A stretch of DNA of 64,000 nt from Leidyana gryllorum EB-2025a (Eukaryota; Protista; Apicomplexa), in contig JBLWGC010000136.1 of assembly GCA_048772705.1 (NCBI GenBank), forward strand, positions 1 to 64,000, in the 5' to 3' direction. The notes under the pieces were generated by a model, which saw only the letters and a program-made list of their open reading frames with translations, made no database searches and was not told the DNA's origin. The translations under genes and the position numbers were made by a program. Shown one piece after another: positions 47,401 to 59,573 of the stretch (within the stretch, counting starts at the first letter, position 1; the number at the start of each line of letters is the position of its first letter).

Positions 47401-49443
47401 TGGTGGGGTTCAAACGGGTCGCCTAAATCGAACTTGGGACGCCACGAGGGACTGCACAGGAGAGAGTAGACGCTGGCACGAGTGGGCACTTACTTTGCGA
47501 CCAGAAAGTGGAAGAGATCCTTCGTAAAAGGCGCGTAGTGGAAGGGAAAATACCACGACCAGCTTGGAACACCAGCAAAGTAATACGTCATGCACTGCGA
47601 CCATCGATGTGGACACGCTTGCTTGTGAGTGAGACCTTACCCATTGTACACCCTCCAAGTAAGACTCGAGCAGTTTATTGAGCTCTTGTCGCCCTCCACT
47701 GTCCTTTCCGACTTGGATGTCGAAGTGCATCTTGCGCCAATAATGAAAAGCTCTGTGGTCATTGATCGATTCAAGGGTGTGTCCGAGTCGGAGCCAGCCC
47801 TCTTCTGTAAAAGTGTTATCTTGGTCCCTATCATCGATGCCTTCCAATGGCCCATCCCCAACGGCATTCGACGGGGGTCTGAATTCCATCGGGGTCAGCC
47901 TTTGTTTCCCAGACAGCCACTTCTTATCAGATACCTTCTCTCCAAAAAGGCCCTCCTCATGCTCAGCGCAACGGCCCAGGAAGAGACGAAACGGTACCCA
48001 GGCAATCTGCCCACCCTCGCCGAGAAGATAAGGACTTTGGGTTTCCTTTACTTGCGCGTATACCCATTCCTGCGGGAGAGACGTGTAGCACCACAAAAAT
48101 ACTCCTTTCCTTACTGCTAAATAGGTTGTATAGATATCCAGTAGAGTTTCGATCCCTCCTTTGGAGATGTCGGCAAAAGGGAGGTGGGGCAGGAAGTCAT
48201 TGCCAGCAAGAGAGCAGATGAGCAAAAAGTCGTCCAATACGCGCTCCGGCTCGAACCGAAAACCGAAATTCCCAATAAACGTCTCATCCGAGATCATATG
48301 GTCCCATGATTTCTTGAATAGCAGCGACGACGAGCCGGAGCTGCTCTTCAGTGGCTGACCATTGCTCTTCAACTGCCGCATGTACTCCGCGTCATCGGCT
48401 GCCAAACCCGTATTTCTGGGTTTCTTCTTCAACTTCTTGGTGTTTGACTGTTGTTGGCTGTCGGTCAGTGGCCCATTTTTAGCCATCAGTCCCTCCAGTA
48501 TATCAATAACTAGATATTCTCTTAACACGGGCAGATGAAGGAGCTGAAAGTTTGCGGTCGCAGATATTATCCGCCGCTGGTCGGCTGCCCAGCGAGGCTC
48601 TCCGTCCAGTCTGACTTCTTCTCTCAGCAAAGTGAAATGGGGTTCGTGGGTCATTAGTGACAACATGATCAAATCGGCGTCGAGGCCTTGCAAACAATGG
48701 GAGAGGTTGGGGGGATAGTCAGGCTGGGAACGGAGGGCTCTGATGAATTCCATGATTTTATGCTCCCCCTCGCCAGGTACATCGGGACCACTCAAAATCA
48801 CCTCCAGATCATGCCAGCTCGCGTTGTGCGACATCTGGTGGGCAATCATGAACTGCAAATGGTCCATGAGCTGTTCCATGAATTCCGTGCCCGGGGTAAT
48901 GCAGTTGGAGTCGAAGGGTGTCTCATGGCCTTTCGTGGTCGGCGGGCACACGAAGAGCTCCGGGGATACTGACTCTCGCAGCTGAGCATCCTTCTTGTGC
49001 GACTCGTGTCTCTCACGTGCCGATCGGAAACGTCGCGAACGCTGCTGGTTCATCTTCGCCCGAGGAGCTACGCCATCCACTCCGATGAAGAGCAGCCTTT
49101 TTGGCTTGGCTATTTGAACCAAATTATCTATGTATCTCATGACATTAACCCAGACCTCGCTGAAGCTCTGCTTGATATCAAGTCGGCCACCATCACTATT
49201 AGCGTGGGTCGCATTGTGGATAACACCGTTCAAGTCCAGATACAAGCAATCCACTGGGAAACTGGAAGCGCTTCTGTCCTGAAGACTCCCAAGTTCGGCC
49301 CGAACTTCCGGGCAGCTTGCCTCGTACAGTCGGGCAAAGTCGTGGCCTGAGGTGTTACCACTAGCCGCCAGACTCGTGCATAGCTTCTGGTTGATTCTCG
49401 GATATCGCTCAGACAACCATCGATAGAAACGTGGTACTCCCAT
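44422..49443 (-). CDS. XRN1: 5'-3' exoribonuclease 1
   Basis: [67 protein letters not shown] and QQLMAVLP. The long C-terminus with an SH3-like GTFGVVIG segment indicates XRN1 rather than XRN2. Confidence 0.95.
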
Positions 49444-49457
49444 TTTTTGGGTAGAGT

Positions 49458-49887
49458 ATGAGCAAAGATAGCGTACAATCCCTCTTTGCGATCATAGCTG
49501 ATTCGTTGGATGAACTCATTGGTGTGAAAGACAAACCGGAGCGCTTGCTGAGGATCACCAACGTGGTAATCGCTGTGCTCCTGACCAGCACCATACCGGT
49601 GTTCACATGGCTTCCCACCGGAGAACTACAGACTGAAGATGATCATCTACACTACTCCCTGTGGCCTAAGGCACTGGTGCACAACGCCACTGTCTTAGCC
49701 AAGTCGCGTTCGGCTGTACGCGGGCTCTTGATGGGCTTTGTGTTCCTGCTTCTAATCTTACTCTTCCTCCTGAATATGTAAGTGGCGTTCTCTCTGTCTG
49801 TCACGGCTCTTCCTTAGGGTTGGCACAGCGGCAATCCGTCAGTATCATTTGGACAAGGCGGCTAGAAAAGAGGAGAAATCAGAGTGA
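49458..49887 (+). CDS. small two-TM membrane protein, possibly Pkr1-like
   Basis: Two hydrophobic segments. An intron (GTAAGT...CCTTAG) leads to a charged tail ending ...KEEKSE*. The family guess is from topology only. Confidence 0.6.
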
Positions 49888-50212
49888 TTAAATTAAGTAC
49901 CAGCCCCGGAGGTTCCGACCTGGAGTGTCCGTGCGATAACCATGTGTTCCATACTGGCTTTCTAGCATTGAGTAGCCTGCACTGTAGTACCCTGGTCGGT
50001 ATCCCCCGTACCGTGCTCGATAGGTGTTAGAGTGTCTGTGCGCGCGTGTGCTGTTGTAGCTGAGTGGAAGTTCTCCTCACCCCAACATTCGCATCCAGGG
50101 AGGGCCATTGGCCCAGGTGAATAAAACGTTCAAGGTAACTAGAAGCGCTCGCATGTGATGCGTGTGGGGACGTCGCTCAGCTAAATTTGTTTTTTCAAGT
50201 CCTTCCAACACG

Positions 50213-50935
50213 ATGTCCGTGGCCGCCGCAGCACAAGCTGAGAGCAATGTATGCGTTCCGGGTCTTCTGCCACCCTGCGGACTGGAGAAAGTCTCGATGG
50301 GTACAACCATCATGGCTTTGAAATACGCAGGAGGTGTGGTGCTGGCCTCTGATAGTCGCACATCAACGGGTATCGTGACCGGCAAAGCGGCTCAGAAGAT
50401 AACACCCATAAGCGATAAGATATTCATGGCCAGATGTGGAGTCGCTTCCGATTCGCAGTTTGTTGCCCAGTTGGTGAAGCACTACATTTTCCAACACCAA
50501 GTCGAGTTGAATGGCAGAAGCGCTAAAGCGTTCGCTCCACCCACTGTCAAGTCTGCTGCCGCACTGACAAGGCTAATCACGTACAACAACAAAGATTATC
50601 TGACTCTTTCTATGATTGTGGCCGGGTACGACCATGTAAAGGGACCCCAAGTATACAGCATCGCATCTGGGGGTGCCATATTTGAACGCAACATCGCAGT
50701 GTCAGGAAGTGGCTCTACCTATATTCTTGGTCTGTCAGATTACCTGTACAAGCCAGACATGTCCAGGACGGAGGCTCTAGAGCTCGCCAAAACCTTAGTC
50801 CATCACGCATTGTCGCGAGACGGCGCCTCTGGAGGGATGATTCGGTGGGTCGTTGTGGACAAGGACGGGGTTGAAGATGGATGCATACCCGGAGATAAGA
50901 TTGTACCCCTTGAGGTCCTAACCGCTCACCATTGA
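50213..50935 (+). CDS. PSMB6: 20S proteasome subunit beta type-6 (beta1/PRE3)
   Basis: Propeptide ending SMG|TTIMALKYAGGVVLASDSRTS, then SGSGSTYI and SRDGASGG. Confidence 0.95.
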   Translation: MSVAAAAQAESNVCVPGLLPPCGLEKVSMGTTIMALKYAGGVVLASDSRTSTGIVTGKAAQKITPISDKIFMARCGVASDSQFVAQLVKHYIFQHQVELNGRSAKAFAPPTVKSAAALTRLITYNNKDYLTLSMIVAGYDHVKGPQVYSIASGGAIFERNIAVSGSGSTYILGLSDYLYKPDMSRTEALELAKTLVHHALSRDGASGGMIRWVVVDKDGVEDGCIPGDKIVPLEVLTAHH

Positions 50936-51025
50936 GCTGCTCGCCACCCTTAGACCGTAGCCAGACCCTCACTTTCTCAGCGTGTCTCTGCGTTTACAAC
51001 CTAAAGCACTACACTTTCAATCTCT

Positions 51026-51716
51026 TCATTCGTTGTCTGAGTCAAATGAGAGGCAATATCTCTTCATCGTGTTCTCGAGCTCTACGCGTTGAGCTCCTAC
51101 AATCTCTCTCAGCATAACAAGCTTATCGAGCTTATTCATGTCCGACCCAGCGCGCCATTTGTACAGTCTGAAGGTGGGGAGTCCACGCACACCAGTCTCC
51201 CAGGTGTCTGCCTCATCTACGTCCACTTCTATGATGGCACATTTGAAACAATAGCGGAGGGCTTCAACCACTGGAGCAATCTGCTGGCATGGTCCGCACC
51301 ATTTGGCACCGTATTTGATAAGAACAAATCGCCCATCCTAAAACAGCCATTGGTAGAATGCGTGAGAGTGCCTCACCGCCTCATTGGCGAGGAACACGTG
51401 GTCCTTCGACCATTGGGTCAACAGGTTCTCAACGTCCTGTGATGACTTTGCCTTAGAACAAGGAGCTTCACGGCCTGCGGTGACAGATAGTTGTGAGACT
51501 CGGCCTGTGCTGGTACTCGGCTTCACCTGCTTGGGCTCGTTCTTTCCTCAAGGTAGCCTTATCATTTCCCATAAAGCGGGGCGTGACCAACGCGGCCGAG
51601 TTAGCACCAGACACAGCCTGTCGTCCGCGTATAAAGCTCAAGATTGGTCCGAAGAGGAACGCTACGATGGCGAAGAGATGCCATATCGGAATGCAGACAG
51701 GGCCGATGCAAATCAT
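51026..51716 (-). CDS. thioredoxin with an N-terminal hydrophobic anchor (3 exons)
   Basis: The spliced product contains KYGAKWCGPCQQIAP, EVDVDE and GVRGLPTFRLY. N-terminus MICIGPVCIPIWHLFAIVAFLFG. Confidence 0.87.
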
Positions 51717-51869
51717 ATTTTGCTAACTATGTTACAACAACTACTTATTTAGACGTACGATGGCCCACTAGGGGAAGAGGAGACGGTGCGCGAGCTGATG
51801 TTGATAGAGGACATTGACTATGCCTGTTAGGGTTTCTGACACAAAGCAACAGAATTCCGTCTACCAAAC

Positions 51870-52256
51870 TTAGTCGAAGAGACCGAAGCCCATGTCATCA
51901 TCTTCCTCCTCCTCGGGCTCCTCCTTCTTCTCCTCCTTCTTCTCCTCAGCAGCAGGAGCAGCACCACCAGCAGCAGCAGCGGGAGCAGCACCACCGGCAG
52001 GGGCGGAACCAACGGAGGTCATGAGGCCACTATAGTAGGAGGTGAGAATGCACAGAAAGGCGGGTGAATTCACTTACTCAACGTCGACTCCCTCAAGAGC
52101 TTGGCAGAAGAGCTTGGGCCAGTACGGCTCAACCTTGCCACCAGCGGCGTCGATGAGCTTGGAAATGCTCTCGGCATTGATCTCCATACCCTCGTCCTTG
52201 AGGATAAGAGCGGCCATGGAGACCATCATCTCGCTAGCGTCACGGGGGGCAGCCAT
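51870..52256 (-). CDS. RPLP1: 60S acidic ribosomal protein P1
   Basis: MAALILKD...VEPYWPKLF, an Ala-rich hinge and [13 protein letters not shown]. One intron. Confidence 0.97.
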
Positions 52257-52395
52257 TACGGTCAATTACGCAGAAGGTGTTGGTAGAGCGAGAAGTTGTA
52301 ATGCCGAACAGCAATTTAAGCCCACGCTATGAACTCAAAAAAAGCAGTGAGTGCTGTCCAAAAAAGGGACACGCAAGAAGACAAAACTGAGCGGT

Positions 52396-55300
52396 TCAAA
52401 CCTTGGGTTTCTTGAACTGTTTCTGAGCAACGGCCACGTTGGCCATGAGCAAATCTGCATCGCAAAGTGGCCAGCGCCAAGACATAATCGCTCACCAAAT
52501 GGTTCCCGATTCTCTTCCAGTACCTTCTGATATGGTGTGTTACTAAAGTTCTTGCATAGACGTTGTACATTGCCGAACATCCTGGTTCCAACTAGATCTG
52601 AGAGCTGTTCCGATGTCTCGCTTACTTTGTAGCCATGTGCTTTGCCATATAATTCTGCACAGATTGTGGAAGGAAGTTGATCTTCACATCCATCACGGCA
52701 ACCATCATCACATAGGTTCGGCGGGGTCCCATCTGCAACAACAGTATTCGTTGCTGCCAAGTCGCTGAGTCCCAAAGTTCTTACAGGACTTAATGAGAAG
52801 CTTAGTATTGGCATCTCCATTGAAGTCACACTCGCTGAGGACTTTTCGGGACACGGAATCCCGAACATCGTGGTAGCAACCTCAGGCACATTGAAGCCCC
52901 ACATCTGATCGCCAGCGATTGGCTGGGGAGGGGGAGAGCACTGTTTGTTACCTGTACAGCATGAAGTGGGGAGATCAGTAGAGCGTCTGTCGCCATGCCC
53001 ATGAACACCAGCTCGCGCTGCAGCACTCGATCATGACACTCTCTTTCGAAGGTCAGAACTCACTTTGCTGAGCGGCCAGGGAAGATTGACACCGTACGAG
53101 AATACGAATTGATAGGGAGTGACAGAGTAACATCGCTTGGTTTCGGAGAGGAACGGGATCCAGTTTTTGTGGCTGTCCCCGTCATTGACGAGTGCCATCG
53201 CTTCGTCCACGTCTGCCTCGGCGACCCCGGCGATGAAGGCAAGTATCACTCCACCTTGAATTGTTTTCCACCTGATTATATTGCCTCCGTCAAACCTCAT
53301 ATCCCCCCACCCCAGGGAGACGAGCTCGGCAGCCGGCATGCGGGAGATTAGAGGGAGAAAGATTTGAAATCGCCGCGCTTCGCTTTCGAATAGACGCATT
53401 CTGTGACATCTCCAGTCGGAGCAAATGCGACCCAACACATCCGCGACCTCCTCCACATACCGCTCTTCAAATTCCTCCAAGTCACTCGCTTCCAACGTAG
53501 TCGACTTGAAGCAAACAGACACTCGTATCGGCGACACAGCAGTACAGTAGGTCGTCCAACGTTCCCGACCCGATTTGGCAGGCGTCTTGAGATTTTTGAC
53601 CAGAGAGGGATCGTATTTGCCCGTGCCGAAGATGGCCACTGGGAACTGCTCGCAAGCAATGACCGGATTCCCGATTGCCTTTCTGCCTCCTGAAGGTCCA
53701 CGTCCCACATCAGCCAGGAACTGATCTATTTGTTCCTGTGGAGTCCCATGGATATTGATTGGGGTACCGCGTAGATCCTGGAACTTTTCAAAGAAGGCCA
53801 CGCCGGATTCAGCCAGCACGTCATCAATAATTCTCAGTTTGCGCGCTATCGAGGTTATATCTTTGTCGGTCGTAAGCACACCAGCAGAAGTCCCCTTATT
53901 AGAACGGCTGGAAGAAGGCGCGATGGGAATCGGCTTTGACCCGTTCAGGACAGATTGGACGAGGAATATGGGGACAAGATCGATGTCTTGAAGGTTCTCC
54001 AGAATCTCATTCTGCAGGCTCACTAAGATAGCATGAGGTACTCTGCAGTCTTGATGATCTGCTTTGGCTCTGATCTCTTCCAGCATTGAGTTCCAGCGTG
54101 CTATGTGATTGAGATCAAACTTCTTGGGTGTTGGGATGGGTGCTGGGGTGTAGAACGGTGTCTCGTCGATCGATTTTGGATGATGACTTTTATCTATGCT
54201 CGTGAGAGTCGGGGCGGGGGACCCCATGTCGCCTTTGGTGGCAACGTGAGTGAACGCTGGGGTGTGCGCCCCCCTTGAGCTGGTGGTAGTCAGTCCTCGA
54301 GTAGGGGAGTGTTTGGTGTCCGTAGTCTGTCCGTGACCACCCGACGCTATGCTGTGGTACGATGCCAAAGGAGACTGGGCGAGCTGTGATCCGTGCAGGG
54401 AGGGGCTGGAGGAGGTCGGGTCTTCATGGGAGCGGAATGATTGACCAACGATCGATGGGGGGGGAGACGCAATCTTCACGGTTCGCGCCTTGCTGGCTTG
54501 CCGGTTCCGGTGGACGGCGGCCAGTGGCGATGCTGCCATCTCGCGTGGATTCGAGGGTGACTGAGAAGTGAAATCCTTGCTCTGATGGGCTTGTACTCTC
54601 CCGTCCGCAGGTGCCGTGCTGGTGAGATGTGGACTGTTCGAGGGATATCGGGGGATGCGAGAGGGTCCTTGCTGCGGTGTACCCGCTCCAGAGGAGAAAA
54701 GAGGGGAAGTCTGGGCTTCTGTGGAGGAGCTTTGCTGAGGTGATGCTGGGTGTTGATGCGTCATCATCATTGGGCTAAGGCAGCGGAATTGGCTAAGAGC
54801 GACCTTCATATTGACGGTCTGGTTGGCCGTGCCGATATAGGTAGTGGAAGCCGTGGAGCCAGCCGGTGAGGGCGGATACGGGGAATGAGGGCTCAGCGTT
54901 CTCGGTAGTGTTGCATAGTCGTCCTTGTGGATCTTAGACGGCATTTCACGCGAAAGAGGGGCGCTCAAAACGAACCCATGGGGGACGGACATGGCGGAAC
55001 ATGTCGGACTTGCCCGAAGTTCACTCACATCACCTTCAAAGCCTATTAGGCTCGATCCCGTTTGGATACCCGCCTCTACGGTCGTGCGTACTCTGCTTGA
55101 GGGAGACTTCATAAGCGGTACCGTTAAGGGATCCTCCGCTTCTCGTATAGTACTTGGTTGACGATGGTCGGTTGTGGTGGCAACGCCCTTATTGGGCATT
55201 GGAGATATCATGTCCCGCGCATATGTGGCAACGAAGGGGCTGTATATAGCCGATGCGGTGGGGTGTGGCTGCTTGACGTAGTTGGTGAAACTATGACTGC

Positions 55301-55427
55301 CATGTACTCGACGAGAGTTGGTGCTAGCAGCGTTGAAGCTACCGTGAGGCAAGACAGGATGATTTCGTCCTGCAGAGAGTGGTTGGCTAGCGGAAGGGGG
55401 GTTCACTGCTAGATGTTTGAGTCTCAT
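52396..55427 (-). CDS. START/Bet v1-like lipid-binding domain protein with a long disordered N-terminus
   Basis: EADVDEAMALVND..HKNWIPF...VNLPWPLSK/RELVF is a START-type motif. The Ser/Pro-rich N-terminus is about 440 aa. The 3' end is inferred through introns. Confidence 0.75.
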
Positions 55428-55483
55428 GGTGTAATCTTCTTCTAACACGAAGACAGAAAGGCGCCACTATCACCAAAAACTGC

Positions 55484-56207
55484 TTATCGGGCTGCTGCTG
55501 TTGATCTCCATGACTCCAGGTTGTGAGTGATTAAAGCGCGGACCACCTTCTGATCTCTGACTCCGTCTGGCTCAGGGCACTCTCTCAGAGCAGAATCGAG
55601 CATACCCATAGCTCTTGACGCATCCTTTTGTAACTCATATACAAAGATGGCCCGGTTGAGGATCGTGGCCAGACGGAGGGCATGACCTGCAGGAAGTCTC
55701 CTGGACGCTTCCTCGGCCGCATGGAAGGCACGGTCAGCCTCGGCCATCTTACTCGTGTCGACTTCGGCCATATATCTGCAGAAGGTTCATTAAAGTAGCA
55801 ACTTGAGGCCTAAGATCAGCTCACCTCAGGAAATCTGCTTTCTGTTTTGCACACCAGGCGTGTTGATCGTCACGGTGCGCTTTCTTGGCAACCTGGTCCA
55901 ACATGTCCAGACCTCCTTGACATAAAGCTGTCACTCGGGTAGCCAGTGTACGCCGATATTCCTTAATTTCTAGCGTAGCAGTATATTGTCCCGCCTTCCG
56001 CTCCTCTACTTGGCCCAGTAGCCTCCATCCTGTCCGGTACTTGCCAACACATTTTCGATACGCTTCTGAGAAAATTCCCCGTTCTTGTGGTGTCAGATCT
56101 CCCCCGCGAGCGACCAGTGCATTGGCGCAATCGACCATATCGTCATACCGCTCGGCTTTCTCAGCAATGATCGATTGCAGCAGTGGGTCTGTGATGTCGA
56201 TGGGCAT
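55484..56207 (-). CDS. divergent 14-3-3 family protein (2 exons)
   Basis: AEKAERYDDMV, LTPQERGIFSEAYRK, KADFLR/YMAE, HALRLATILN..IFVYE and HNLESW. Confidence 0.88.
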
Positions 56208-56243
56208 GTTGGTGGAAAAAATTAAGGGCTCCCACCGCCTTAA

Positions 56244-57970
56244 CTACAGAAAATTGGGTGCCCGGCGTCGGGCATCAACACCCCGCACCATTGGCTGCGA
56301 TGGTTCTCTACTGTGCTGCGAGTCGTTGGAGTGCACCGATTCTTCCACAGTGTGGGCGTGGCGAGGGGACGGGCGCTTTGCAGTAGTGTTCTTGGGTTGC
56401 GGCTGGAAGCGCGGGAGGGCCAGACGAGCACCCCCTACCAGACGGCTCCGGGTTGACAAGTCGCGCTTATCGTCTTTCTCGCGTAATTGAAGGGTGTTGG
56501 TGTGCATGACCACCGGCCTCTTCGCCTTGTCATTAGACTCAAAGTGTAGATGGTACTCGTACAGCTTCCGCAGGAACCATAATGAACGGAGATACAGCGC
56601 GGTCAGGGCCTCAAAGTCGTAGCTGTCAATCGAGACCGGCACCATGCAAATTGGGTAGGCCTTCAGCTCTCGAGAGAGGGGTTCGTTGCAGTGTACTTGT
56701 ATGGCCACGAATATCTGGTCGGATGCTGCAGCGGCTTCTTCAGGTGACCCTGCGACAGGCGACCGTATTCCTGATCCGGTGTCGCCGTCCATGCAGGAAG
56801 AGCCCCCCTCTCCCTGAGCAGACAGGTAGGCTCCGCTACACTGCACCGTGGCCGCGGAATCGACGCCGAGCGAGTACCGATACTGAAGAATTTGACCTCG
56901 ACGAGCTCCCTGCGACTTGACAATCAATTTGGTCATCCACGGGGAGACTCCGTCCTCCAACGCCCATGACTGGATTGCCTCTGCTACTCTCTCACTTGTG
57001 GTATAAAGTTCGTCTCCTGCGGGTGCAGAGTAGTTGAGAGCGGAGACTCTCAATGAAACTTACGGCATGCTGCTGCTTCTTCCACAGCCGCCTGATTAAT
57101 ATGGTGATACTCCGTGTCTAACTCCCAGAATAGAGACGGCATATTGTGCAACATTCCTAAGGCCTTCCGGAGGGTCTCTCCAGCTGCTGGAATGCCTCGC
57201 GCTTTGCAAGGCACTATCAGTAGGCGACCTGTCAGCCAGTTCTGGAACACGAGCGATCCATGGCCGACGGCGCGCCACCAGAAAGCTGATACTTCAGGGG
57301 GAAGTTTCTTGAACCTGCAGAAATGGTTGGTCGCTGTCGGTCAGTCAGTCGGTCGGTCGGTCAGTCGGTCGACGAGATGTGATGTGAAGAGCCCTACCTG
57401 AAATGGGGGATGATTCTCTCTAGATATATGTGCACATGCTGGGGGTTCTCAATTGACCGGAAGACTTTCAGAGAGTCATTCGGTATTTCGATTGGGCATG
57501 GCACCCCCGCTAACACGCAGGCGAGAAGTAGATTCTTGTGAACATGCAGATGCTTCCGCCAAATGCCGCTGGTGGTGTGTTTCACAGCGAATATAGAGAT
57601 GGGTTCCAGATCTTCCGCATTTCGCTCCAATACCTCGATCTTTGTTACGATTCGCAGGCCGCCAATGATCGACAGTTCATGCTGCGTAACACGTAACCCT
57701 CGGCTATTGTCCTCGTTCCATCGCTCGATCGTGTGAATAAGACCCTTGGCGGCTTCCGGAGGACTTTCATTGGGCAGAGGACTCAAATCATCCGCACATT
57801 CCTCCTCGTCAGCTCTGGTCGTCGGGGTCGCTCCTGTAGGTTTAACCAGTCTACCGATGAGAGCTTTGCTGAAAGGAGGAGCTTTATATCTGGAGTTACG
57901 ACGCTCACGAGTCAGAAAGGTCCTCGTCAATATCTGAGGGTGTGTCCTGTCGAGCCTCGCAGTAGTTCAT
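56244..57970 (-). CDS. multi-exon hypothetical protein
   Basis: ATG 57970 splices in frame to ORF 57394-57930. Further ORF pieces at 57050-57250 and 56244-57053. No family recognised. Confidence 0.6.
57336..57371. repeat. (GTCR)9 tetranucleotide repeat in an intron
   Basis: gtcggtcagtcagtcggtcggtcggtcagtcggtcg. Confidence 0.8.
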
Positions 57971-57986
57971 TTTATGAGTGTTTTAT

Positions 57987-59573
57987 CTAATATTCAACAG
58001 CTAGGAAACCATCTCTGAGGTCTCGATTCAACTCCTCGTATTCCACCACTGAGACTGGCTCCATGCCCCGAACGTGTAGCTTTTGATTGAAAATATGAAA
58101 CTCTGACTTGTAATGTGTACGGATACTCGAGCATTTCAGCTCTTTCAGGTAGTCCAAGTTACACACTGGGCACCATGTCTGGCTATCGGACGGCGGAGGA
58201 CGCGCAATCTGCTGTTCTGTGGTACCCCCTTCCACACCTTGCGGCACCTCCGCTTCCTCTGCCTCCTTCCGCTGCTTGCTGAGTTTCTCCGCAGCCTTCC
58301 GCTCAGCATCACGTTCCGCCCGCTCGATAGCTTTCAGCTTCCGACGCCTCTCCCGAGTGTTTTCTTCTTCCAGATCAATCTTTGCATCTTTACTCTTTCG
58401 GCCCTTCCGGCTCTTGGTGCCACCCTCAGACTTCGTCTTGGTATCTTCCGATCCCGCTGCTGCAGCTGGAGGGCCTGTGTTTCCGTCAGTCTGCTTGGCA
58501 GCCGCCGCCGTCTCCTTGTCTTCTTCGCCAGCGCTTTTCTCGTCGCCCTCCTCCTCCTCAGCGGATTCGTCCTCTGATTCAGAAGAAGAGTTGTCTCCTA
58601 CGAGTAGAGCAAATCCTGACTGTGCACCTCTACCCCCGATCTGCTGCAGGACTTCTCGACTCTCGCTCTCATCATCATCGTCTTCCTCCTCTTCTTCCTC
58701 CTCCTCCTCCACATCTTCCTCCTCAACGTCAGATTGCTCCTCATCCTGATCACCTTTTACATTCTTGTTCTCCACTTGTCGTCTGACTCGCCGGAGAGCC
58801 ATATCGGCCGCCGCTTCCGGGGTTCCCTCGTCGTACATGTTAATCACAGTGATGGCCAACTTGCCGTTCTTAGAACTCACAAGCCGCTCCTGAATACTCC
58901 AATCTGAGGGGAGCGCCCGATAAGTGAACAACACACGCGAGCCTCCGGCTAAAAGTATGCTAGACAGGATTTCCGCTTCCAGCACTGTTCTGAGGAAGTC
59001 TTCAACTTCTTCCTCAAATTCCTCAGGCACCTCCATTTGAGCTCGCATCAGAGCCAAATAAACCTGATCACTCAACTTCAAAGCCAGCCGCTGAGCCACC
59101 TTGGCCGCAGCGGCCTTGGCACTTGCGCCTTGTGTGTATTTGGGGCGATATCGTATTTGCTTCAGACATGTGTCCACCACATCCGGTGTAAGCTTGAACC
59201 CAGTCGCACGGCTGATCAACCGCTGACCCGCTATCGTGCATACTTCCTTATGGAACTCCGCCGCTTGAACCTTCCTCTCTTTTCCACTGACTTGAACAGT
59301 GCCCTTCTGCAGGATGACTCGAGTAATTTCATTGATATCTGTTGTACCAAAGTCCCGTCTTAAGTCTTCTTCGGGGGCGAAGCGGCCCTTCACCACGCTG
59401 GTGAAGATGTGGTCCGATTGTAGCACCTCCGATACATCACTTTCGAGCCCGCTTCGCCAGTCTTGAACCTTGTTGGGGTAACATGCTATTTCAAATCGAG
59501 CCCCTCCGCGACGCAGCCGCACTACTGCCACATTGGTGAGCCTTACTTGGGTAACTGGTTGCGTGATGACCAT
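57987..59573 (-). CDS. SBDS: ribosome maturation factor SBDS/Sdo1 with a C-terminal zinc finger
   Basis: QVRLTNVAVVRLRRGGARFEIACYPNKV...VLQSDHIFTSVVKG, an acidic linker and CPVC...HYKSEFHIFNQK. Confidence 0.95.
   Translation of the reverse strand: MVITQPVTQVRLTNVAVVRLRRGGARFEIACYPNKVQDWRSGLESDVSEVLQSDHIFTSVVKGRFAPEEDLRRDFGTTDINEITRVILQKGTVQVSGKERKVQAAEFHKEVCTIAGQRLISRATGFKLTPDVVDTCLKQIRYRPKYTQGASAKAAAAKVAQRLALKLSDQVYLALMRAQMEVPEEFEEEVEDFLRTVLEAEILSSILLAGGSRVLFTYRALPSDWSIQERLVSSKNGKLAITVINMYDEGTPEAAADMALRRVRRQVENKNVKGDQDEEQSDVEEEDVEEEEEEEEEDDDDESESREVLQQIGGRGAQSGFALLVGDNSSSESEDESAEEEEGDEKSAGEEDKETAAAAKQTDGNTGPPAAAAGSEDTKTKSEGGTKSRKGRKSKDAKIDLEEENTRERRRKLKAIERAERDAERKAAEKLSKQRKEAEEAEVPQGVEGGTTEQQIARPPPSDSQTWCPVCNLDYLKELKCSSIRTHYKSEFHIFNQKLHVRGMEPVSVVEYEELNRDLRDGFLAVEY

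Noticed and set aside
49890-50080. RNase MRP/P RNA, suggested by GGGGCTG on the minus strand
   Set aside because: I found no matching GAAAGTC/CR-I half of the P4 helix on the same strand.
51468-51470. In-frame TGA upstream of the thioredoxin domain as selenocysteine or readthrough
   Set aside because: A GT-AG intron (GTGAAG...CCGCAG) shifts to the correct frame, and a second stop follows in the unspliced frame.
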